Below, piece by piece: positions 46,714-59,900 of a stretch of DNA of 64,000 nucleotides. The stretch comes from Deltaproteobacteria bacterium. Its GTDB lineage: Bacteria > JAGRBM01 > JAHCIT01. The notes beneath the pieces are model-generated. The model searched no databases and had not been told where the DNA came from. It saw nothing but the letters and a program-made list of their open reading frames with translations. Position 1 is the stretch's first letter. Every line of letters begins with the position of its first letter. Where the stretch lies: positions 62,001-126,000 of the forward strand of contig JAHCIT010000004.1 in assembly GCA_026129095.1 (NCBI GenBank), read 5' to 3'. Both the position numbers and the translations under genes were made by a program.

Positions 46714-47529
46714 ATGACCGCTTCTTCCGCTTCGGCAGCCTCGGCCGCGCCACAGATTGACCTCACCGGACAGAAGGTGCTCGTCACCGGGGGTTCACGC
46801 GGCATCGGGCGCGGCATCGCGCTGGCCTGCGCCCGCGCCGGAGCCGACGTGGCGGTGAACTACGTGAAAAGCGCCGAGGCCGCGGCGGAGACAGTGGCCG
46901 AAATCCAGAAGCTCGGCCGCAAGGCGACGGCCCTCCAGGGGGACATGTCGAAACCGGCCGACGTCAAGCGCGTCTTCGCCGGGGCAAAAGAGTTCCTGGG
47001 CGGGCTGGACGCGGCCGCCATCAACGCGGGCATCGCCTCCAAGGCGGTGTTCGTGCGCGAGACGGCCGACGAGGAGATCGAGCGGGTGTTCGCCGTGGAC
47101 CTGCTCGGCGCGTATTACTGCGCCCGCGAGGCGGCGGCGATCTTCCACGAGCAGAAGCACGGCCTTATCGTGATGATCTCCAGCGTGCTGGCTCAGACCC
47201 GCAGCGCCAAGATGGGCCCCTACGCCGTCGCCAAGGCGGCCCTCGAAGGGCTGATGACCATGCTGGCCCGCGAGGAGGCCCAGGCCCGCGTCCGCGTGAA
47301 CAATATCCTGCCGGGGCTGGTCAATACCGACATGGGCCTCAAGGTGGTCAAGCCGATGGGGTTCAAGGAAGTGAGCCAGCTGGGGCCGGCCTTTCCGCTG
47401 GGCCGCGTCTGCGAACCCGAGGATATCGGCAACCTGTTCGCTTTCCTCGCTTCTCCCGCCGGTTCCTACATTACCGGCCAGTCGATCATGGTCGAGGGTG
47501 GCTCGACGCTGGTGAAAGGGATGTTCTAG
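46714..47529 (+). CDS. Short-chain dehydrogenase/reductase (FabG-like)
   Basis: 'TGGSRGIG', 'NAG', catalytic 'YAVAK' and 'YITGQ'. GGGAG RBS. Confidence 0.93.
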   Translation: MTASSASAASAAPQIDLTGQKVLVTGGSRGIGRGIALACARAGADVAVNYVKSAEAAAETVAEIQKLGRKATALQGDMSKPADVKRVFAGAKEFLGGLDAAAINAGIASKAVFVRETADEEIERVFAVDLLGAYYCAREAAAIFHEQKHGLIVMISSVLAQTRSAKMGPYAVAKAALEGLMTMLAREEAQARVRVNNILPGLVNTDMGLKVVKPMGFKEVSQLGPAFPLGRVCEPEDIGNLFAFLASPAGSYITGQSIMVEGGSTLVKGMF

Positions 47530-47658
47530 GGGCCCCCCGCCGGGCAATTGTTACAACCGGTACCGGCCGGCGTCTTTCCCGTTTCAGATAGTTATTTCAA
47601 TCAGTTAGCCAGACCACGGGTAACGGCCCCCTTTTGCCGTTCCAGATTCACCACCCCG

Positions 47659-47680
47659 CCGTCACAGTTTCGTCACAACT
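47659..47680 (+). promoter_or_regulatory. Pho box-like tandem repeat
   Basis: CGTCACA at 47660 and 47671 (11-bp period), upstream of pstCAB-phoUBR. Confidence 0.6.
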
Positions 47681-47876
47681 GTTTCTTAGTGTCTGCCCGG
47701 TCCGGAAAGGCCGGACCCGCCAGGTTCCTTATATCAGGAGTAGCCGAGCTGTCTTGCCGCCTCGCCAACAGACCGGACAGAACATGGGCAGTGAAACCAC
47801 CCGCCAGGAAACCGGCCCCGGTAAAACCGGGGGTTTTCCGCCGCCTGCGGGCGGCGTGGCTCCGGAGCATCCGCCC

Positions 47877-50144
47877 ATGAGCGACGCCAACGGCACGCCC
47901 GGACAGCCACCGCCGCTGGAAAAAATGGGGCGCCATGCACACCGGCGGAGACTGATCGACCGGACAGCGGCCATCCTCGTCCAGTTCGGCGGCCTGGGGA
48001 TCATCGCCAGCATCCTCGGCATCCTGCTGTTCATCGTCTTTACGGTGCTGCCGCTCCTCAAGGCCGCCGAAGTCACCCAGGACCATGTTTACGACATTCC
48101 CGCCCACGCCAACGGAGCGCTGCTCGGGGACGAATACAACACCCATGTGGCCATGATGGGGCCCGACGGCGTGATCCGGGTGATCAACATCGAAACGGGC
48201 GCCGAGGAAACCACCCATTCCATCCCGCTGGAACCGCTGCTCCCGGAGATGCCGCCGCCGAAGATCGTCTCGTCGGCCACCATTCCCGGCACGCAGATCT
48301 TCGCCGCCGCCACGTCCGACGGCCGCATCGCCATCCAGCCGGTTGACTGGGACGTGAGCTTCGAGGGTAGCACCCGCGTCATCACCCCCGGCTTCCCGGA
48401 AACGATCGAGCTGCTGATGGACGGTGAGGGCCGCCCGTTCGGCGTGTATACCGCCCATCACAGCAAGCGGTACGGCATCACCACCGCCGTCGCCCAGCTT
48501 GCGGACGGGACAATCTCCATCGTCCGGCGCGTGACCGAGAAAAACAGCTTCACGGGCGAAGTCGAGGAGAGTATTGACGAGTACGCCGCCGAATCCCCCT
48601 ACCACCTTACGGTCCTGATGCTCGACGAGGAGCAGCGCGACCTCTACGGCGGAACGAGCGAGGGTCAGATCGTCTACTGGCGGCTGGCCGAGGGGCAGCC
48701 GGGCGAGCCCGAAGTGGTGTCGGCCGGGCCGTCCGCCGTCACGGCGCTTTCCATGCTGATCGGCGGCCGCTCGCTGGTGGCCGGGCAGGCGAACGGGAAC
48801 GTGAGCATCTGGTTCCGGGTCCGGCCGGAACAGGACTCCAACGAGTTCCGGCTGACCCGGATCCGCGACTTTCCCAGCCATCCGGGCCCCATCGCGATGC
48901 TGGCGCCTTCCAAGCGGGACCGGGCGTTCCTCGTCATTGACCAGACGGGACTGATCTCGCTCAACTTTTCCACCTCCGAGCGCACCCTGTGGCAGGGCCG
49001 GTCCGTGCTGGACGCGCCCACCGGCATGTATTTCTCGCCCAAGTCGGACTACGCCTATGTCGCCGAACCGGGGAAGCTCGCCGGCTACCGGATCAAGAAT
49101 CCCCACCCGGAAGTGAGCTGGAAGGCCCTGTTCGGGAAGATCTGGTACGAGGGCTACACCAAGCCGGACTACACCTGGCAGTCAACGGGCGGAACCGATG
49201 ACTTCGAGAGCAAGATCAGCCTGCTGCCCCTGCTCGTCGGCACGCTGAAGGGAACCTTCTACTCGCTGATCCTCGCCATTCCGCTGGCCGTCTTCGGCGC
49301 CATGTTCGCCTCCCAGTTCATGCACCCGACGATCAAGGGCTATGTGAAGCCGATGGTCGAAACGATGGCCTCGCTCCCCAGCGTCGTCCTGGGGTTCCTG
49401 GCCGGCCTGTGGCTCGCGCCCCTGCTCCAGAAGATCTTCCCCGGTTTCATCGCCATGTTCATCGTCCTGCCGCTCGTCGCCGTGGCCGCGAGCCGCGTCT
49501 GGATGGCCCTTCCCCGCGCCATCCGGAACCGTTACCCGGCCGGGGTCGAGGTGGCCATCATGGCCGTCCTGCTGGTCAGCACCATCTGGGCCTGCGTCGA
49601 GATGAGCCCGGCCATCGAAAAGCTCGTGTTCGGCGGGAACTTCGAGCGGTGGCTCGACCGCACGCTCGGCATCCGGTACGATCAGCGCAACGCCGTCGTC
49701 GTGGGACTGGCGATGGGCTTTGCTGTCATCCCGATCATTTTCGCGATTTCCGAGGATGCGCTCTCGAACGTCCCGAGGCACCTGACCAGCGCGTCGCTGG
49801 CGCTTGGCGCGAGCCGCTGGCAGACCGTGACGCAGGTGGTGCTGCCCACGGCGAGCCCCGGCATCTTCTCGGCCATCATGATCGGCTTCGGCCGCGCCGT
49901 GGGCGAGACGATGATCGTGCTCATGGCCACCGGAAACACCCCGATCATGGACTGGGACATGTTCGCCGGTTTCCGCACCCTGTCAGCGAACATCGCCGTC
50001 GAGATACCCGAGGCGCCGATCGGCGGGACGCTCTACCGGACGCTGTTCGTCGCGGCTCTCCTGCTGTTCATGCTGACCTTCACCGTCAACACGCTGGCCG
50101 AACTGATCCGCCAGCGCCTGCGCGAGCGTTACGCCAAGCTCTAG
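47877..50144 (+). CDS. pstC: Phosphate ABC permease PstC, long form with a beta-propeller-like insert
   Basis: 'GTLKGTFY', 'ASLPSVVLGF', 'GRAVGETMIVLMATGN' and 'TLSANIA'. Start uncertain (47784 or 47877). Confidence 0.92.
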   Translation: MSDANGTPGQPPPLEKMGRHAHRRRLIDRTAAILVQFGGLGIIASILGILLFIVFTVLPLLKAAEVTQDHVYDIPAHANGALLGDEYNTHVAMMGPDGVIRVINIETGAEETTHSIPLEPLLPEMPPPKIVSSATIPGTQIFAAATSDGRIAIQPVDWDVSFEGSTRVITPGFPETIELLMDGEGRPFGVYTAHHSKRYGITTAVAQLADGTISIVRRVTEKNSFTGEVEESIDEYAAESPYHLTVLMLDEEQRDLYGGTSEGQIVYWRLAEGQPGEPEVVSAGPSAVTALSMLIGGRSLVAGQANGNVSIWFRVRPEQDSNEFRLTRIRDFPSHPGPIAMLAPSKRDRAFLVIDQTGLISLNFSTSERTLWQGRSVLDAPTGMYFSPKSDYAYVAEPGKLAGYRIKNPHPEVSWKALFGKIWYEGYTKPDYTWQSTGGTDDFESKISLLPLLVGTLKGTFYSLILAIPLAVFGAMFASQFMHPTIKGYVKPMVETMASLPSVVLGFLAGLWLAPLLQKIFPGFIAMFIVLPLVAVAASRVWMALPRAIRNRYPAGVEVAIMAVLLVSTIWACVEMSPAIEKLVFGGNFERWLDRTLGIRYDQRNAVVVGLAMGFAVIPIIFAISEDALSNVPRHLTSASLALGASRWQTVTQVVLPTASPGIFSAIMIGFGRAVGETMIVLMATGNTPIMDWDMFAGFRTLSANIAVEIPEAPIGGTLYRTLFVAALLLFMLTFTVNTLAELIRQRLRERYAKL

Positions 50145-50156
50145 GACCGGAAGCCC

Positions 50157-51803
50157 ATGTTCAAGCGCAAAGACAAAGCCTCCGCGGAAACCGGCACGAC
50201 CTTCATCTGGCTGTGCGCCGGAGCCCTGGGCCTGAACATCCTCGGCATCGGCGGACTGCTGCTCCTCATCGCCATCAACGGGATGGGGCATTTCTGGCAG
50301 AAGGAACTCGTCACCGCCGAGATGCTGGACGGATCGAAACTGATGGGCGAGGTCCACAACCGCGAGCGCAATCCGCCCGCCGAGGGGGAGGACCCGCTGG
50401 AGACCGGCTTCCGCAAGCAGATGAAGGTCGGCAACCGCGACGTGACCGGGGCCGATTTCCGCTGGGTGGACGAACGGCAGATGCGCGGCGTCCGCCAGGA
50501 TCCGTGGGCATTTGTTCTGGAACGGCTCGAATGGGGCAACTTCTACGGCACGATGGCCGAGTTCCGGCGCGAAGGCGAGACGCTAGCCACCGATCCGGAG
50601 GCCATCTGGAAGCTGTTCGAGCCGTCCCATCGCGAAAAGCGGGCCCTCTACGCCAAGGTCAGGAAGATCGAGAAAAAGGACATCGGCGACGTCAACCACG
50701 AGCTGGAGCAGCTCCGCCTCGCCGAGCGGCGCCTTGCCATGAAGCCGCCGCCGGAAGCCGGGCTCGCCCGCCGGAAGGCGGAGATCGAGAATCGCCGGCA
50801 GGCGGCCAACGAGCGGTTCAGCCAGATCGCCGGCGAGCTGCGCGAACTGCGCGGCCAGCTAGCGAGCGATGTCGTGGTGATGGAAACCGCCGACGGCCGC
50901 CGCAAGGAGATCGCCGTCGGCACCATCGTTCGCGCCATTCCGGCCAACCAGCTTTCAGCCGCCGGGAAGGCCGGACTCTACCTGGACCGGACATGGGAGT
51001 TCATCTTCGACGACCCCCGCGAATCCAACACCGAGGGCGGCATCTTCCCGGCCATTTTCGGGACCGTGATGATGGTGTTCATCATGTCGTTCATTGTCGT
51101 CCCGTTCGGCGTGCTGGCGGCAATCTACCTGCGGGAATACGCCAGGCAGGGGCCGCTCGTCCGGATCGTGAATATCGCGGTCAACAACCTGGCCGGCGTG
51201 CCGTCCATCGTGTTCGGCATCTTCGGGCTCGGATTCTTCGTCTATGGCATCGGCGGAAGCATCGACAAGCTGTTCTTCCCGGAATCCCTGCCGACGCCGA
51301 CATTCGGCACCGGCGGCATCCTGTGGGCCAGCCTCACGCTGGCGCTTCTCACCCTGCCCGTCGTCATCGTGGCGACCGAGGAGGGGCTCGCCGCCGTGCC
51401 GCGGATCGTCCGCGAGGGATCGCTCGCGCTCGGTGCGACCAAGTTCGAGACGATCTGGAAGGTGGTGCTGCCCGCATCGGCCCCGGCGATCCTGACCGGC
51501 ATGATTCTTGCCATGGCGCGGGCCGCTGGCGAAGTCGCGCCGCTCATGATCGTCGGCATGGTGAAGCTGGCGCCGTCGCTGCCGCTGGACGGGTACGCCC
51601 CGTTCATCCACCTGGAGCGGAAGTTCATGCACCTGGGGTTCCACATCTATGACGTGGGGTTCCAGAGCCCGAACGTGGAGGCGACCAAGCCGCTGGTGTT
51701 TGCCACGACGCTGCTGCTCATCGGGCTGGTCACCGTCATGAACATCTCGGCCATCTACATACGCAACCGGCTGCGCCGCAAGTACACGACGAGCGCCGTC
51801 TAG
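50157..51803 (+). CDS. pstA: Phosphate ABC permease PstA, long form
   Basis: 'GGIFPAIFGT', 'NLAGVPSIVFG' and 'ARAAGEVAPL'. Confidence 0.95.
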   Translation: MFKRKDKASAETGTTFIWLCAGALGLNILGIGGLLLLIAINGMGHFWQKELVTAEMLDGSKLMGEVHNRERNPPAEGEDPLETGFRKQMKVGNRDVTGADFRWVDERQMRGVRQDPWAFVLERLEWGNFYGTMAEFRREGETLATDPEAIWKLFEPSHREKRALYAKVRKIEKKDIGDVNHELEQLRLAERRLAMKPPPEAGLARRKAEIENRRQAANERFSQIAGELRELRGQLASDVVVMETADGRRKEIAVGTIVRAIPANQLSAAGKAGLYLDRTWEFIFDDPRESNTEGGIFPAIFGTVMMVFIMSFIVVPFGVLAAIYLREYARQGPLVRIVNIAVNNLAGVPSIVFGIFGLGFFVYGIGGSIDKLFFPESLPTPTFGTGGILWASLTLALLTLPVVIVATEEGLAAVPRIVREGSLALGATKFETIWKVVLPASAPAILTGMILAMARAAGEVAPLMIVGMVKLAPSLPLDGYAPFIHLERKFMHLGFHIYDVGFQSPNVEATKPLVFATTLLLIGLVTVMNISAIYIRNRLRRKYTTSAV

Positions 51804-51830
51804 GAACACTCAAGCGAAAAGGGACAACGA

Positions 51831-52664
51831 ATGGAAACCGGTACCGTATCAAGCGAAGCGCTCCAGAACACATCCATCGCCGTCAATCCCGACGCCATCC
51901 TGAAGCTCGCCAACCCCTGCCTGAACGTGGATGACCTGTCGCTGTGGTACAGCCAGGCGCAGGCGCTCTACAACATCAACATCCAGATCCCGAAGAACAA
52001 GGTCGTCGCCTTCATCGGCCCCTCTGGCTGCGGGAAATCCACGCTGCTGCGCTGCTTCAACCGCCTGAACGACCTGATCGACGGACTCAGGGTGACTGGC
52101 GACATCACTTTCAACGGGCAGAGCATCTACGACCCCGAACTGGACATCAACCACCTGCGCAAGCGGATCGGCATGGTGTTCCAGAAGTCCAACCCGTTCC
52201 CGAAGTCCATCTACGAGAACATCGCCTACGGCTGCCGCATCCACGGCATCAACGACAAGGCGCGCCTGGACGAGATCGTCGAGAAGAGCCTGCGCGGCGC
52301 CGCCCTGTGGGACGAGGTGAAGGACCGGCTGGACGACAGCGCGCTGGGCCTGTCAGGCGGCCAGCAGCAGCGTATCTGCATCGCCCGCGCCATCGCCGTC
52401 GAGCCGGAGGTGATCCTGCTGGACGAGCCCTGTTCGGCACTCGACCCCATTTCGACGACCAAGATCGAGGAACTGATGGAAGACCTCAAGAGCCGGTATG
52501 CCATCGTCATCGTCACCCACAACATGCAGCAGGCGGCCCGCATTTCCGACTATACTGCCTTCATGCTGATGGGCGGGCTGATCGAATACGGGCTGACCAA
52601 GGATCTGTTCACCAATCCGAAGGACAAGCGGACCGAGGACTACATCACCGGCCGCTTCGGCTGA
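51831..52664 (+). CDS. pstB: Phosphate ABC ATPase
   Basis: 'GPSGCGKST', '[10 protein letters not shown]', 'LSGGQQQR' and 'YITGRFG'. Confidence 0.97.
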   Translation: METGTVSSEALQNTSIAVNPDAILKLANPCLNVDDLSLWYSQAQALYNINIQIPKNKVVAFIGPSGCGKSTLLRCFNRLNDLIDGLRVTGDITFNGQSIYDPELDINHLRKRIGMVFQKSNPFPKSIYENIAYGCRIHGINDKARLDEIVEKSLRGAALWDEVKDRLDDSALGLSGGQQQRICIARAIAVEPEVILLDEPCSALDPISTTKIEELMEDLKSRYAIVIVTHNMQQAARISDYTAFMLMGGLIEYGLTKDLFTNPKDKRTEDYITGRFG

Positions 52665-52681
52665 CAGGGAGACAAACCGCC

Positions 52682-53382
52682 ATGCCAACGCGGGAACACA
52701 GCAGCAAGCATTACGAGCAGGAACTCCTGCACCTGCGCGAGCGGGTTCTGGCCATGGGCGCCCGCGTCGAGCGGATGGTGGGCGGCGGCATGCGCGCCCT
52801 CGTCCAGCGGAACGAGGATCTCGCCCGCGAGATGATCGCGCTCGACAACGAGGTTGATCACGACGAGCAGGAGATCGACGAGCTGTGCCTCCAGCTTCTC
52901 GCCCAGCGGCAGCCGGTGGCGAGCGACCTCAGGTTCATCACCCTCTGCATGAAGATCGTGACCGACCTGGAGCGGATGGGCGACCTGGCGGTGAACCTCT
53001 GCGAGCGGGCGATGGAGCTGATGGAGGAACCGCTGCTGAAGCCCCTCATCGACCTGCCCCGCATGGGCGATCTGGCGCAGCAGATGGTCCACACGGCCCT
53101 CGATTCGCTCATCGACGGAAATGTGGAGCAGGCGACCAAGGTGCTCGAGTCCGACGACGCGGTGGACGACCTTTACGAGCAGATCTTCCGCGAGCTCATC
53201 AGCTTTATCCTCGAAGACCCCCGGACCGCCAAGCGGGCCATCGGCCTGCTGTTCGCCGCCAAGCACCTGGAGCGGATCGGCGATCACGCCACCAATATCG
53301 CCGAAATGGTGATTTTCTGGGTCAAGGGGAAGGATGTCCGGCACGGCGCCGGGCTGGCGGCCGAGAACAAGACGCAGGGATC

Positions 53383-53386
<4 letters not shown>
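52682..53386 (+). CDS. phoU: Phosphate signalling protein PhoU
   Basis: 'QPVASDLR', 'DLERMGD' and 'LERIGDHATNIAE'. Confidence 0.96.
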
Positions 53387-54080
<694 letters not shown>

Positions 54081-54084
<4 letters not shown>

Positions 54085-55853
54085 AACTGCATCTCAAGAT
54101 CGCGCTTGCCGCACTCGCCGTCTCGGCAGTCGCGCTGGTTGCCGGGTATGCGTACGTCGTACCGGTGTTCCGGCAGAACCTCATACGGACCGCCAAGTCC
54201 GCGCAGGAAGAACGGCTCCGCACACTCTGCCATCTGCTGGAACTCCGCCCCCACGAGCGGCTCACCCCGGAGGAGCTTCAGCCCTACGTGAGAGGCTACG
54301 CCGGTGGCGGGGCCGCCCGGTTCCTGATCCTCGACGAAAAGGGACTGGGCATCGCCGACAGCCTGGCGGCGGCGAGCCGGATCATCCAGCCCGAGAGCTT
54401 CCTCTCCCGGCCCGAGGTCCAGGAGGCACTGGCGGCGCCGGAGCCCGCCAGCATCATCCATCACGCCACGGCACCCTACAGCACGCTCTATCTGGCCCGC
54501 CGGTTCCGGCTGGCCGATCGCACCGGCGTCGTCCGGATGATCTACCCGCTGGACGACATCGAGACCGCGGTGGGCCGGGTACGGAACATCCTCTGGGTGG
54601 CCGGGCTTTTCTCGCTTACGCTGGCAGGCGCCCTGGGGCTCCTCATCTCGCGCTGGATCACCGCTCCGGTCCGCGAGGTCGCCGAGGCCACCGACCGGAT
54701 CGCCGAGGGCGACTTCACCGCCCGCGTGCGGAGCCGGGCCGATGACGAGGTGGGCGTGCTGGCGCGCAACTTCGACCGCATGGCCGAGCGGCTGGAACTG
54801 ACGATTTCCGCCTATCAGGCGGAGCGGGAACAGGCCGAGCGCATCCTCTCCACCGTTCAGGAAGGACTGATCCTGCTCGACCGGGACAACCGGATCGTCT
54901 CGGCCAACCAGGCGTTCGGACGGCTGTTCAGCGCCGGCGTCGCGGGGATGCCGGGCCGCTCGCCGGTGGAGATCGTCCGCACCGACCGGATCGAGGACGC
55001 CGTGGAGGCGCTCTCGGAGGGACGCGAGCAGTACGAGGGCGAGTTCACGCTGGAGGGGCCCGGTCCGGAGCGCATGTTCGAGCTGTCGGCCGCCCCGATC
55101 CGCGAGCAGGGAGAACGCACGGGCGCGGTCATGGTGTTCCGCGACGTGACGCGCACGAGGCGGCTGGAGCGGATCCGGCGGGATTTTGTCGCCAACGTGA
55201 GCCATGAACTGCGAACCCCTCTCACCTCCATTCATGGCTATGCCGAGACGCTCGCGGCGCGCATCGAGGGCAACGAGACCTACAGCAACTTCGTGCAGGC
55301 GATCCTGCGGAACTCCGAACGGCTCACGACGCTGGTGAACGATCTTCTCGACCTCTCGCGCATCGAGCGGCCCGATTTCCGCCTCGAACTCCGCGAGGAA
55401 GACCTCCGCTCGCTCGTCGCCGCCAGCGTCGAGGGCCAGCAGCGGGCGGCGCAGGCCAAGCGCATCTCGCTGGAGTTCGCCCCCGGCGGCTTTCCGCACC
55501 GCCTTTCCTTCGACCGCAACCGGATCGAGCAGGTGATGACGAATCTCCTCGACAACGCCATCAAATACACGCCGGAAGGGGGCTCCGTCCGGGTGGCGAC
55601 CTCGCTGGCGGCTGGAGAGATCACGGTCTCTGTCGCCGATACCGGCCCCGGAATCCCCGACGAGGACCGCAACCGCGTGTTCGAGCGTTTCTACCGGGTA
55701 GACAAGCACCGGTCGCGGGAACTGGGCGGAACGGGGCTGGGACTCGCCATCGTCAAGCACATCGTCACCCTCCACCGGGGCCGGGTCGGCGTGGACAGCG
55801 CCGAGGGGTCCGGCTCGCGCTTCTGGTTCACGCTTCCGGCCTCCGCGGCCTGA
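54081..55853 (+). CDS. phoR: Sensor kinase PhoR (HAMP-PAS-HisKA-HATPase)
   Basis: 'DFVANVSHELRTPLT' and 'FERFYRVDK.RSRELGGTGLGLAIVKH'. Confidence 0.93.
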
Positions 55854-55893
55854 CGGGTTTTTTCTGCCGGTTCCCCGTCTACACTCAGGCCGT

Positions 55894-56901
55894 ATGGAAC
55901 CTGCCGACAATGCACCGCCGAAAGCGAAATCCGGCAGCGGCTACGCCTACGGCCGCTACCGGCAGCCGATTCCCCTTCCCGACATCTCCGCCCCCGGCCT
56001 CATGGGAGCCATGCGCCTCAAGGAGTGGCACTACACCTCCGTCGTGACCGGCCAGTGGTTCTTCGCCTTCGCCGTGGTGAACCTGGGCTATGCCGCCAAG
56101 TGCTTCGCCTACCTCGTGGACCGGGAGCGTCCGGCCAACGCGCCGGAATACTCGGAGCTTTCGCCGATGGGCCGGGCGGTGAAGTTCGCGCCGTCATCGG
56201 TCAGCGGCGAAACCCGGTGGGAGGCCGGGAGAAACCGCCTCGTCGCCGGGCACGGCGGCGACCGGTGGCAGATCGAGGTTGATCTGCCGCTGGGGCCTTC
56301 GCGGGTGACCGGCAGCTTCAACTTCGCGGGCGGCGACGCGCTCGCCCTGCTGCACCGGCTTGCGAATGGCCAGCCCGCCTACACGCACAAGGCGGCCGGG
56401 ATTGCCGCCTCGGGCTCCATCCAGTGGAACGGCCAGACGATCAGCCTGGACGGCGGCGTCGCCACGCTCGACTGGACCCGCTCGGTGGCGCTCCGCGAGA
56501 CGGCATGGAAATGGTGCTCGCTGGCGGGGTTCCTGCCGGACGGCCGCCGCATCGGCCTCAATCTCTCGGCCGATGTCTATGACGGCCCCGGCGGCAGTTC
56601 GCAGGAAAACGGCCTCTGGATAGACGGGCGATTGTACCTTCTGGGCGGCGTCGAGTTCGCCCTGCCGGGCGATCCGCGCCGGGAGCCGTGGATCATCCGC
56701 AGCCGCAGCGGGACGGAAGTGGAACTTGAGTTCCTTCCGCTTGGCACCCGCGAGGAACACCTGAACCTGGGCGTGATCCGCAGCGATTTCATCCAGCCCT
56801 ACGGAACCTTCCGGGGCCGGCTGGCGGCAGCAGGTGACGTGGCGCCGGTCCCCGTGGACGGGCTATTTGGCGTCGTGGAAAAGCACCTGAGCGTCTGGTG
56901 A
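55894..56901 (+). CDS. DUF2804-family protein
   Basis: 'RLKEWHY', 'YTHK', 'LDWTR', 'W.W', 'ENGLWIDG', 'F.QPYG.F.G' and 'GVVE.H...W'. Confidence 0.8.
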   Translation: MEPADNAPPKAKSGSGYAYGRYRQPIPLPDISAPGLMGAMRLKEWHYTSVVTGQWFFAFAVVNLGYAAKCFAYLVDRERPANAPEYSELSPMGRAVKFAPSSVSGETRWEAGRNRLVAGHGGDRWQIEVDLPLGPSRVTGSFNFAGGDALALLHRLANGQPAYTHKAAGIAASGSIQWNGQTISLDGGVATLDWTRSVALRETAWKWCSLAGFLPDGRRIGLNLSADVYDGPGGSSQENGLWIDGRLYLLGGVEFALPGDPRREPWIIRSRSGTEVELEFLPLGTREEHLNLGVIRSDFIQPYGTFRGRLAAAGDVAPVPVDGLFGVVEKHLSVW

Positions 56902-59900
56902 CAGGGCCACGCGCCCGCCGTCCACCACCCGGTCCCACAGGCCGCTGTCCCAGCCGGGATGGCCCTCCAGCGTGAGCGCCGCGTGGCTGGTTCCACCGGA
57001 ACCGCCCTGGGCCGCCTGCGTGTCGAACTTCTGGAGCGAGCGGTCCATGATCTGCGCGAAGGCGCCGATCACGTTCGGGTCGCGCCGCTTGTCGAGATAG
57101 CCCCGGTCGGCCGCTACCGCCTGCGCGTCCAGCACCGCCAGAAACACCCCCTGCTGCGCCAGCACCCGGTAGGCGCGGACAAAGGCGTTCATCGAGGGGC
57201 GGCCCGTGCGGGGCTCACGGGCCGCGTAGATCTTCCGGGCCGCCGGGAGCGACTGCTCCAGGTAGCTCGTCTGGCCGTTCAGCTGCATCGTCTTGAACGG
57301 ATAGGCCATCAGCCGGTGGAGCCGCGGCCGGTTCTCGGCCTCCAGCACCTTGCGGATCTTGAGGCGGTTTTCCTTCACGACCGGTGCGATGGTGTGGGTG
57401 AGGCCATAGATCACCGCATCGGCCGGGGTGACATCCCGCGCATCGGGGCGCACCACCACCGCCAGCGAATCCTGGAGGACGTTCCGGTAGCGGCCGTCAA
57501 TATCCACCCACTTCTGGATGAACCGGACACCGTTCACCATCGTCCCCTTCTGGAGCCATTCCGACAGCAGCCGGTTGAACGACAGGGCGAGGTTCGCATC
57601 GGCGGTCAGGTAGGCTCGGATATAGGGAACGAGCACGCGCAGGTCGCCGTTCTTCGGGTCGGCGTCCATGAACCGGGCGAACTCGCGGGCGATGGTGCCC
57701 TTCTCGTCGCAGGCGATGAGGTCGCCGAAGTTGTTGTCCAGCTCGCGCAGCTTCAGGCCCGGAGGCGGGTCCACCAGGACGCCGCCCATCCAGATCAGCA
57801 CGCGCTCCAGCTTCTTCCGGTTCTCGGCCGTCCCGACCAGCTTCTTGATCAGGTTGAGCCACGGCTTGATGATCCGGTCCTTCTTGTGCGGCGGCTTCCT
57901 CAGCAGGTTGGCGAAGCCGTCGAGAAACGCGGTGAGCGCCTTCTTGTTCGGGTCGCTGGGGAGGCGCGTGTCGCGCACGGCGCGCAGGGTTTCGACGAAG
58001 TTCTCGAAGATGCCCTCGTCGAACAGCACAACCATGAGCGGATCGTTCAGGCCCGCGGCGCCGGAGATGTAGACCGCGTGAAGCATGTCCACCAGATACG
58101 GCGCGTCGCCGCGCTTGGCCAGTTCCTGCACCATGCGGAAGGTCGACTCGATGGGCGCGTCATTCAGCATGGCCTTGATCGGCTCAGGGTCGTCCACCAG
58201 CTTGTCGAGGATATTGGGCTCGCAGAACAGGTTGCCCACCTTCGCCATGCGCCGCATGAGGTCGTACATGCCGGCCATGCGCTTGGCCGTGCCGCTGGAC
58301 AGTTCCTTGGACGCCTCGAACGCCGCAACGGCGAGGTTGTCCACGGGGAACTTGATCGGAACGCCCGGCATGTTGAACGTGATGATGACATCCGTGAATG
58401 CCACCGGGATTCCGCAGTTGAGCGGCGTGTAGGCGATATCCAGCAGGCGCAGCATGCGGGTGGCATCGCTCGGGTATTTCGGCGGCCGCGCCAGGACGCG
58501 CTTCTTCTGGTCAACCGTGTGGTACTTGAACAGGTCGCCCATCCGGCGGCGCTGCTCGGCGGTGAGGCCGTCGAGGAACGTGTCCGTCACCACCTCCAGC
58601 GAGTTCTTGCCCTGTGCGTCCTTGGTGAGCAGCCGGTTCACGCCGTCCAGGATCACGTCGAGATAGGTCGCATTGGGGAAGTTCTTGTGCGGTTCCAGGA
58701 AGCCGTTGATGGCGAGCAGCATCGTGTAGGGGACCGGGCGGCCGTCGATATCCTTCGCCGTCAGTATCTTGCCCACGTCGGTCAGGATCTTGTCGAACAC
58801 GTCGGCATGCGCCAGCACCCGCACAGCCTCAAGCATGTCGTCGATGTCGTCGTAGCGGAGCGCCCAGGAGAGCGATTCCATCGAGTCGTAGTCGAGGGAG
58901 TCGCGCATCAGGAACAGCGCCGTCTCGGTGATCTCCAGCGCGTTGGGATCCTTGACGTAGTGGGCGATGAACGCGCCCCAGTTCTCCATCAGCTTTTCCA
59001 GCGGGCGGCCACGCTTGGGATCGACCATGCAGGCCAGCGGGGCGCGGGAGACGGAGGCGAAGCTCTTGCCGTTCCGTATCTCGATCAGGTTGTAGAGCAG
59101 GCGCGGCGGCAGCTTGTGGGCGTTGTGCTCGCGGACGATCTTCGACTGGAAGTCGATCATCGCGTCGAACTCGGATGGCGGCAGATTGAAAAACGGCTGC
59201 AGGAAATCGATCGGCAGGTCGTACAGCTCGCTGCCCGGCTGGCCCGATGCCGTGAGGGTCATCGTGCCCAGTTCGTACAGGGCGCCATACAGGCGGCGCG
59301 AATCCTTGTAGTTGATGAAGACGTCCAGCACGAAGGCGATGTCGGTCAGCTGCGACCAGCCGGTGCGGTCCGGCCTGGACAGCTCAAGGCCCAGCAGTTC
59401 GAGCACCTCGAACGTCCCTGCCTTGTGGGCCCCCGCCAGCGCCTCGGCCAGTTCCTGGTAGATGCCGCTCCGCGCGAGGTCGCGGTTCACCTCGTAGTAC
59501 ATCTTCACTTCGGGGCTCTTGTAGATATCGGGCCAGATGCCGTCGAGGACATCGTAGGCCGCCATCAGGTGCCCGTTCGCCGGACGGACGGGATTCGCCG
59601 TCGTGTCCTCGCGAAGCGGATTGAGCCGGGTCCAGATCGGTTTCCAGCGGCCCGCCTGGTCGATGTCGCGGACCATCGGCTCGACAAGGCGCGCGCGGAT
59701 CGTCGCGTCCTCGTTCCAGGCCCGTTCCCATTCCCTGAGCAGCCGCTCGATGGGGTTCACCTTGATCTCGAAGGCGATCTTCAGCTCCGACCGGTTGCCG
59801 AACTTGTCAGCCGCCTGGATCAGCAGTTCCTGCGGGCCGGAGTTCCCCGCCCGGGAAGACAGCGGCGTGCCGGACCGGAACGGCCGGTTGTTGAGGGTCA

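Noticed and set aside
47877-51803. Unusually long PstC/PstA and missing pstS as a novelty
   Set aside because: Long-form PstC/PstA are known in other bacteria, and pstS is often encoded separately.
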